A stretch of 61,422 nucleotides of DNA, the filler included, from Choristocarpus tenellus KU-1152 (lineage: Eukaryota; Protista; Phaeophyceae): the NCBI GenBank assembly GCA_964200185.2. It is 14 parts of 14 records of this genome, joined end to end, with 100 filler letters (N's around TTAATTAATTAA, not from the genome) between each part and the next. Parts side by side here need not be neighbours in the genome. Positions count along the whole stretch, not along the records: positions 48,148 to 51,306 come from CAXNAD020021876.1; positions 51,407 to 55,138 come from CAXNAD020018249.1; positions 55,239 to 57,887 come from CAXNAD020025972.1; positions 57,988 to 61,422 come from CAXNAD020020044.1; 10 more parts are not named here. The stretch is one strand, 5' to 3'. The position numbers and the translations under genes were made by a program. Positions 50,461 to 61,422 of the stretch are shown in pieces. The notes below the pieces were generated by a model. It had not been told where the DNA came from and ran no database searches. It was given only the letters and a program-made list of their open reading frames with translations. How positions within the stretch are numbered: position 1 is the stretch's first letter; every line of letters begins with the position of its first letter.

Positions 50461-51961
50461 AGCAGTGGTTTTAGTTTTGAGTCTCAATCATATGTGTATT
50501 TTATTGAGGTGATGGAGAGCAAGGCAAGATAAAGAGTGTGGTTGTTGTGGGTGCATTACAATCCCCTCCATAACCATGCAATCTGTTTGACAATGTTACC
50601 ACGATTTCTTATCATAGTTGGTGGCTCACAAAATGTCATCCCTATCACCTTTTGCTGTTATTGTCACACTCCTGCCTGTGATCCCCCATACGGATGGTGG
50701 GTGGGTCATTGCGCTGTGAATAAACCAACCCAAAAAAGTGCCCTGTGAGGATGTGAAATAATCAACATGACATGTATTTGTATCGCTATTACTAACTGTT
50801 ATTACCATTTTATTGCCTCAGTTAACTACTCAGGAAGGCAGAAAGAAACATTAGTCTCGTCGAAATCTATGTGGGTGGGAGTAATAACCATATACAACAT
50901 AGCTCAAAGTACAACATTTGATACTTTTAACTACAAAGTAGTTCTCTGGAGTAGGTACATATATAATATATATATTGAAAATGGGAATAGGGAGAGAGTT
51001 GTTATAGTAGCGGAACAAAACGTGTTGATACCTTGGGATTGTGGTATTTGCTTATTATTATTATTATGGTATATATAAATTATTCAGGAAGTAGTTGTGT
51101 TCCCAACATCCCAACATTGCTTTCGCCATCACCTACCCTGCCTGCATCATCCTCTCCCCCGTTCAGTGCATTCCCGTGGGCTTGCACCGATCTTTTTACT
51201 GTAAAAAAAGCAATCGACTACATTAGACCTTTGACCCAAACAACCTGTCATGCCTCCCTTTAACAGTGGATCGAGATAATGGCGGATGGATCATTTCATG
51301 GAGGATNNNNNNNNNNNNNNNNNNNNNNNNNNNNNNNNNNNNNNNNNNNNTTAATTAATTAANNNNNNNNNNNNNNNNNNNNNNNNNNNNNNNNNNNNNN
51401 NNNNNNATACCCATAGTCCGGGGCCATCCCCAATTTTGAGGATCCCCTGTTATTTCCCTCTCATAATGAGCACGACATTGGGTGCTGCCTCCCTTCACTG
51501 GCTGCCTGGGTATCAATGGTATAAATAATTTATTACCTGTACATGTACCTTGTAGGTATACAGAAAACGTCCGAGTCTTTATTTCCCTTGTTGTACTCTG
51601 TAATGTGGACAACAATGAAATCCTCGTGGTTATTTTGCACTATAGAGGTCGGTGACTGAAGAGTGCACTATAAACAGTTAGTACAGTGTAAGAGATCGCG
51701 CGCCTTATCAGTGTACATGACTCACACATACTTCAGAGCACTACATCTCAATTACTGTACATCCATATTTACTCTATCGTACTATGGAGGATATATCTAG
51801 TACACTGTACGGATGAAACCGTCACACCAAGGAAAAAACCAGGATCGAGTCGTAGGGTCCCTAGTTGGGTTATATGGCTTCTATTAAAGCTTCAATATCT
51901 GCGTTTGGCTGAGAGAGGAACCAGCTTCTCTTGGGGAGGTCTTTCCCTCCACAAACTCGAA

Positions 51962-54467
<2,506 letters not shown>

Positions 54468-54975
54468 TGACTGGTACAAGTGTGACCCAAGTCGGTGATC
54501 GTGTTGACAACAAAAAAAAAAACTGTCTGTACAGTGGTAGTGTTAGCAGTGACAACCGTACCCTACTGTGTAGGTCAGAGTACTGCCTTAACTGCTGCAA
54601 ATACAATACCTGTACCAGTTGAGAGGGTGTTCCAATATAATGAGAGGCGTTGCACTCTCTTTAAACAATGGGGATTTGGGACCTCTTCAAGGCATCCTGC
54701 ATTGTCAAATGTTAAGATACCACTCGTAGATAAGATGGTGTTTCCCTAGATTTTTGTATGTAAGTGTATTGCCCAATTCTATGCTGGGCTGGAAAGGATC
54801 AAGGTGAAGGAGTAGGCCTCATCAGCAGAGAGGGGGCTGGCTCCCTTTCCAGAAATCGCTCATTGCCGAAGTCCTTTGATATCTGGTCACTAATCACTCA
54901 CCAGAACTCATTACTTGCTACAATACTTCCTATCTCTGAACTCTTCCTTTCTCTAGTTCGATAACCTATGTTTAT

Positions 54976-55138
54976 GAGTCAAAGTATCTTAGGGTTAGGG
55001 TAGGGCCGCGTCCATTCAGGGGTCAAAATCCAATATTTTGATTTTGATGTAATTGTGGTTGTTGTGTTGAGTGAAAGTACCTTAGAGGGTATGAGTTTTG
55101 CCCTGTTTGTCCACTTGGGGCTTGGCTTCCCACAGGTG
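54976..55138. mobile_element. MITE-like family B end with a second family B element starting inside it at 55069
   Basis: 54976-55068 matches the reverse complement of 17380-17471; 55069-55135 matches 17214-17280. Confidence 0.8.
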
Positions 55139-57235
55139 NNNNNNNNNNNNNNNNNNNNNNNNNNNNNNNNNNNNNNNNNNNNTTAATTAATTAANNNNNN
55201 NNNNNNNNNNNNNNNNNNNNNNNNNNNNNNNNNNNNNNTTATTGGCCAAAAAGTCATTCTGGTGAAGCCCCCCCCCCCCTCCCCAGATACTTTGGTTCAT
55301 TTGCGTTCAGCGGCAGTGGCACATAGGCATTGTGTGTGTTGTGCAAGAGATTGCAAGAAGTGGGAATATTAACTAGTGCATTGATGACGTCAAGATGCAC
55401 TGGGTTTACATCATACATCGCAGGTTTTCTATTCACACTGCATCTTCTATCAATTGACTCTGCTGCTGCATGTGAAGAGCGTAGGTCGCAGGTTGGTAGG
55501 GAACATTTTGGGGTTAATGAATCCTGTGCATAATTTCTTTCATGAAGTACCCAACATTATTGCATTATGGTACTCGCATTTTATGCACACAATGGCAACA
55601 TAGAGGGCAAAGACGTATCTTCATCCTCACTGCCAGCACAATCAGTGATCAACTCTCTATTGAGCCCCCATATGTTGTGGGGTGACTACGTCATTAGGAA
55701 TTGTGAAAACCTTTCTTCAGCTGGGCCATACACATCATACGAGTGCTCTTGACCGATTTCACGTACAGTTACACGGAGAGTGCTTCAAATCAAACCGCGT
55801 TATGGGTATTTCCTCTTGAACTTAAGAATGCCACACTAATTACAGAGTACTCACAAGAGGCTATACCTATTTATTGGTATCCCATTCAGATGTTTCTGGT
55901 GCTGACCCATTGGTCGTTAATTCAGCAGCCTTCACTTGCTGATACTTACGGAAACTCATGCAGAATGAGGATGTCTGAAAGCGAACGGCGACTAATGTCT
56001 GGGCTACTGCAGGGTCTGAGAAAGTTGGTTGTGCAGGTGCCCCGGAGTCTGCACTGTGAACACAACGCTTACCCTCCCCTCCCGATTCGTTGTTGGTATT
56101 TTGAGATTCTTGTCTTTGGGGCTTCCAGTATCCTGCCTTGGTAAAGATATTGGCTATTGTCTCCTCCTTGGTCCACCCGCCTTTCTTAATGGTCTCTGGA
56201 AATATGGTTGACTGGAGGAAGTATGTCGCCCGAAAATCAAATTTGGTTTAGGGTTAGAGTTATGGTAGTGGATATTGTCAATTTCTGGACGAAATTATAG
56301 TATGTCAGGTTGTGCCTGTGTGTGATACCTGTGCATATCGAACGGGAACATTACGCACTCAGCACATTGATAGTTTGCCTCCACACTATTGAGAGGGTGG
56401 TATTTTCTTGAACACAAAGTGTATCGTCTGGTAAAACATGGCTCCTACCAATTTATGTGCTTGGTCAGATCATTTAGATAGTTGTAATGCAGAACTGGAG
56501 TTAAGTGCTCGATGTTTTCATTCCTTGCCCTTTTGCGTGTGTCGCATTTTTTTTGGTTCATGCACCTCACTCAAGTTCTACCAGGTCTTCAAATCATAGC
56601 TAATGTCCCTCTATATATGCGTATGAGTGTGTCTCAGCGCCTTGTACTTGTCTGAAGTACAAACTACTCCAACGTGTATGTGTGTCAGAATTCACTCTTA
56701 CGCAAACATCTCATTGACTATCAGGAGACGAAGTGTCCAAGGAATGTGTGAACTTATCCTCAGAACAAGACATTTTTTTTAATATCATATATGAACAAGT
56801 ACAAAACTTACGATTCAAAGTACATGTGGTGGTGGGCCATCTATCTATATTGACAGAATTAGCAATTGCTGACTTCAGTGCTAGTCGTACATACACGCAC
56901 ATGATATTTTCGTCCAGCTGAATCCTCAAAGGCAATAGCTAGTCCATGAAGGTTACCTACCCAATCTCGCACGTCCTGGCAGTTGCAGAGGTAGTTGTGA
57001 CACGTGTGAAGTTACAAGATTGTTGGTGCATAGCACGGAAATTGAATTTTGGTCCTTGTGTGTATGACGACAAGTGGTGGGTGCATCCAGACTGCCGTTC
57101 ATGTAGCAACAACTCTAAAGGAGCTCAGAGGTTTTTGCAATAGTCCAGGGGATTGATTTCAAGCGTATGGGAAGAGAGCACTACCATCTAGTGCCGAATG
57201 CATACCCCTCATCACACACAGCACACACTATAGCC

Positions 57236-57378
57236 GAGTCAAATTATTTTAGAGGTTAGAGCCGTGTCCGTTTGGGGGCCAAAACTCAATGTTGTGATTT
57301 TGATGTATTTTTGGCTATCGTGTTTGTTAGGAAGTGTCAGTATCATTGTTCCGGACACAACCTTTTCATAGCATACAC
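57236..57378. mobile_element. MITE-like family B partial copy
   Basis: Matches the reverse complement of about 17330-17471. Confidence 0.8.
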
Positions 57379-57987
57379 AACCTTTGCATTAGTCCTGCAC
57401 TTTTGAAGCGTGTGTAGACAAGTAAGAGCCAAGCATTAATTGTTTGCACCATCTCCAAAAATTATATCTCGATACTCAATACCCTCACCTGCCCTCGCGC
57501 ACCCATTTACCCCCATCAAAGGAGATCACACGCTGCGAGCCTCACTCACTCTTGCTCGCAGAATACTCTCAAGTACTGTACATCACTGAGAACATTCCAA
57601 GAAAATTGCGTGTGTTGGTCGAATATCGTCAATTCATCTCACCTGAGCAACCTCCAGTGTACGAATGATCACTACACGACACCTGATGAAGTAGCTCGTC
57701 CCATCCAATATCATCAAAGTTCCCGATGGAATAGTCATGACAATATACAAACAGAACACAAAGGTGCAGAAGACCCCCAAGAAAAAAAAGAGGGTGGTGA
57801 AAGGTCAACCATGAGGAGGATGGAGAGCATGCCATGGAACGTTCACTCCGAGCTACAGGCGCTCACTGGCACAAAGTATCCGGGGGANNNNNNNNNNNNN
57901 NNNNNNNNNNNNNNNNNNNNNNNNNNNNNNNTTAATTAATTAANNNNNNNNNNNNNNNNNNNNNNNNNNNNNNNNNNNNNNNNNNNN

Positions 57988-58142
57988 CGATTGATTTCCC
58001 AGCTCGCCACGATTAATCAGTCGCTTCGACGATTGATTTCCCAGCTCACTACGATTAATTAGTCGCTTCGACGATTGATTTCCCAGCTCACCACGATTAA
58101 GCAGTCGCTTCGACGATTGATTCCCAGCTAACCCTAACCCTA
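57988..58142. repeat. 42-bp tandem repeat (at least 3.4 copies) ending in (AACCCT)2
   Basis: Unit starts at 57988, 58030, 58072 and 58114. Confidence 0.93.
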
Positions 58143-58422
58143 ATTACTACAAAAACGATATTGTACCACACCAATTCTGCGCCGCTTTTTTATGGCATGC
58201 CCATGGGTGCACAAAATCGGGGTAGGTACTGTAACGGGGTAACGATAACGTTAAGTTTTGGTACTACATACTATTATTATTATATTTTTAGTTTGTAGTA
58301 TACGTTGTACCCCCGTTTTGTCTCATTTCCATAGAACGTTATACCTTTTCTTTGCTTACGATTTATTTGGAAACCCTTTCGTCTGGTTTGAACATGAACC
58401 CCACCTTTGAGCCAGTGCAGCA

Positions 58423-60129
58423 ATGTTCTTCAGAAGTCTCACCTACATCCCTATATTGCTGTTTTTGCCAAGCTCTGAAGCCTTCTTGATAAAAGGCGGC
58501 TCGCTCAGCAAGGCGCTTTCTAGCACAAAAAATACGAAGAATTCACCGAATTTGCCTGCATCTCGTCCCTCGTCCATTATTGCCATGTCCTCCACTTCCA
58601 AGTCAAAGCTTTTCGACGTCCCCGTATCAAACAACGGGGCCCGATGCAGGTATTTGGCCTTCCTTTGCTGCTAAATATCGTTGCAAGTGCTAGATGTATG
58701 AGTCCACACGTTTGCAATAGTTCGGGAGTGTGCGCATTTCTGATTCGAGGATTTGTGATGAATCCACGTCTATTTGCGAGGAAGTTACTGTTGTACTCTC
58801 GCTAGGATCGTAGCATTGTTAGGTTCGTGCGTCAACATATGTTTACTAGATCATTTCTGCACTTATTGCATAAGATATGATAGCACCATACTGTCAGCCA
58901 CTTTTTCGATGTCTAAGTAAGGATCTGTGGTCTGAGATGCAGTATTGACTGGGCATTCTAGCCTCCCAAGCAGTGTTCAGTTAACGATAGAGCACAAATC
59001 CTAGCTATTGGCTACTCTTGCAAAGCTTTATGTGGTTTTCATGGTGTCTGCAATTCTCGCTCTCCCGCCTCAGAACAGAAGAGGTAGTGATCTATGCGTG
59101 TTCGTATCTCACCTGTTTGACCCTGCCCTACGCTTGTTTTTCTGGAAAGGTTCATCATCTATGAGAAGGGACTCGAGGATGACATCGAGATTGTGTCTCC
59201 ATCGGTCCTTGGGGGATCCAAAAGCGAGGATTACCTCGCCATTAATCCTCATGGGAAGGTGTGTAATATATGTACAATTGTAGATTTGGCCTTTCATGGG
59301 CGTATTGTGCTGCATCTCTTGTCGCGTTCTGTATTATTGGCTTGTCTTCCTCCCAGCTCAGATCCCGTTCAATTTTATTGCCCTAGCCAGCTATATGTCC
59401 GCAGGTAAGATGAAAATTGGTATCTAAGCGGGCGAATTGTTTCCAGAATTGATGTCCTTGAGCAAGGTGAAACATGTGACGGTTACTCTACTGATGAAAT
59501 TCGGTCATCGTGGTTGCTGCACTACAGAGTTCTACAAAACTGTGCTATGTCGATTTTGAAGATAGCCACAAACACGATGACACTCTCCCACTCTCTTCAA
59601 AATGCAATAGCACAGACCCATTCGTAGTATTTCACACCAATGCTGACTTCCTGCTTGTTTTTGCTGCTGATGTGCCTTTTATTGACATTAGTTGCTTTCT
59701 TGTGCATTGATATTTCTGATTGCTGCACAGGAGAGCATGATAACCCTTCCGCAGCATGCTCCTTATTTAACCGTCAAATCTATGGTGCACATCAGGGGAC
59801 ACATATCGCAATCCAGAGTTCACATATATTTTTTGCACTCTGTCATGCACCACACGAAGGGGTTCCTATCCGCCCCCACCTGGAACCTTTTTTTTGTTCA
59901 CAACTTGACACGATATTCGAGCGCAGGCCTAGTATCTGCACTCATAATAAATGTGTCCATTGCCAGACGTTAGCCTCCATTTCCCCTCAAAGCCCTCTTG
60001 CACCAACAAAACGCCCCATGCGAGTTCTATAACCTGTGTGCACTTGTGGACACAGGTACCTGCCATGGTGACCGAGTCTGGTGAGAATATCCCCGAGTCT
60101 GACACCATTGCACGCTACCTTCTCGACAG
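58423..60129 (+). CDS. Glutathione S-transferase with bipartite plastid-targeting presequence, 5' part; exons 58423-58649, 59150-59258, 60056-60129
   Basis: Signal peptide ending SEA-F, then an S/K-rich transit peptide; SNNGARCR, YLAINPHGKVP, IPESDTIARYL (GST N-domain). Confidence 0.9.
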
Positions 60130-60961
60130 GTAAAGATAGCCCCTTGTATGACACAAGAACCTTAGCACTATAGTACACTTCTACCATACAGTAGTAGCCT
60201 GACAGATACCTAGCCACCTACGTGCGTAAGATTTGAGGAAGAAGAAAAAGAAAAGAAAAAAAATCACTCACTTGGGTTATACAATTCTGTTGAGGTCTTG
60301 CAATGTGGGGAAGGGCACGATACAATTCTGTGCTACCCTGCTCAAAACCTCCTGCTCTCTGGTGGATCCTCGTGTTGTGTTCCGATGCTTTTTTTTGTAG
60401 TGTCTGGGTGTGTTTTTTTTGCATTGAAGCAAAGAGAGCAAGGGTGCTCCCCCTGGTCAACGCAGGTTTTATGTCATCTTCTTGCTGTTGTTGTGTCCGG
60501 CGGGTAGCTGCTGTGCTGATTTGCGGAGTTTCAGGGTATACCTCCCCGTAGCGTAGTATTTGCCATCTTGAGGATAAACTGAGATGTGATGCACGGAGTA
60601 TATGTACATGTATGTATTGCTTTGCTACTACGTACCATTGTTTTTACTCTCTTGCTGTGACATTGTCGTGTTGCAGGTATATGGAGATGTGTGTGTGTGT
60701 GTGTGTGTTTGTGTGTTTGTGCATGCATATATTTGTGGAAGGTGTGATTCACCTTTGAGTTTTTGCTTGCTGGACTGTCAACCGCTTCCGATGGTCGATT
60801 GAGTGGGGAGTACTCCTCAAGTCACCCTCTCTCTCTCTCTCTCTCTTGATGGCTCAATCTTTTGGAAGCCTAACCTTACTTAGCCAGTACTATTCTGCAC
60901 ACAATACAATGACTCTATCGCACCCCTGCGGAAGGAATCGCGCTGGTAGGACAAGAGCGCT

Positions 60962-61040
60962 GAAGTCTACCTCCTTTAAAAAGAAGTCTACCCCCTTTAT
61001 AAAAAAGCCTACCTCCTTTATAAAAAAGCCTACCTCCTTT
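60962..61040. repeat. 21-bp tandem repeat, about 3.7 copies
   Basis: AAGYCTACCTCCTTTAWAAAR repeated. Confidence 0.9.
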
Positions 61041-61365
61041 TGGTGTGTCCTTCGCATGTGCACCCGATTGATTGCCACAGTCTGGAGCTGAGATGCTTGG
61101 GGCTAGGGTTTCCTCTTCCCTCATGCTCTCCCCCCCCGCTGTGACCTTAAGAACAAGTTAGTATGAACACAGCCAAAGTAAGCAAAGAGGTAGAGGTCAA
61201 AATATTGTCTTTGTGATGTCTTTGTGATGTCGTGTGGTTGTTGATACTGTCTTTGTGATGCTAACGCAGTGGGATTATATGGCACAAAAGTCAAATGCCG
61301 ATGCTTAGACCATTAGAAAGAGATTACGTAACAAACACAGGACTGATACGGTACATCGAACACCC

Positions 61366-61402
<37 letters not shown>

Positions 61403-61422
61403 ACGCCCCTCGCCATACCCTT

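Noticed and set aside
55440-57668. Gene model for this contig
   Set aside because: A few exon-like segments (for example 57562-57668) but no recognisable motif or verifiable joins.

Overview
Eukaryotic draft-genome DNA, most likely from a photosynthetic stramenopile such as a brown alga or relative. Support: long GT-AG introns, a bipartite signal plus 'EAF' plastid-targeting GST, and scattered TTAGGG tracts. The window is 14 pieces joined by 13 identical artificial 100-nt spacers (N44-TTAATTAATTAA-N44), so adjacency across spacers should not be trusted. Most supplied ORFs are spurious; real genes had to be assembled by hand from exons. Partial genes: a PCID2/Thp1-like gene and a GDP-mannose-transporter-like gene (divergent pair), CDC50/ALIS, a SAM-methyltransferase-like gene and a PqqL-like M16 protease (divergent pair), a CaMK-family kinase, a plastid GST, and several unknowns. 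Mobile DNA: a degenerate Copia element (8913-12322), a degenerate chromodomain-bearing Gypsy element (23853-31791), a solo LTR nested in that Gypsy element, and an abundant short-TIR (MITE-like) family ending in GRNYCAAAGTATCT. Best candidates for something undescribed: (1) the Copia element has lost protease and integrase and carries a 140-bp fold-back duplication of gag, a possible hairpin/siRNA 'killer' copy; (2) a duplicated ~453-nt structured module with a compensatory base change in the Gypsy 3' region; (3) a solo LTR with tRNA-spaced Pol III A/B boxes; (4) a self-nesting MITE family with a 6-bp TSD; (5) a 41-bp tandem repeat that multiplies a splice acceptor. All calls are by eye; no database searches were run.
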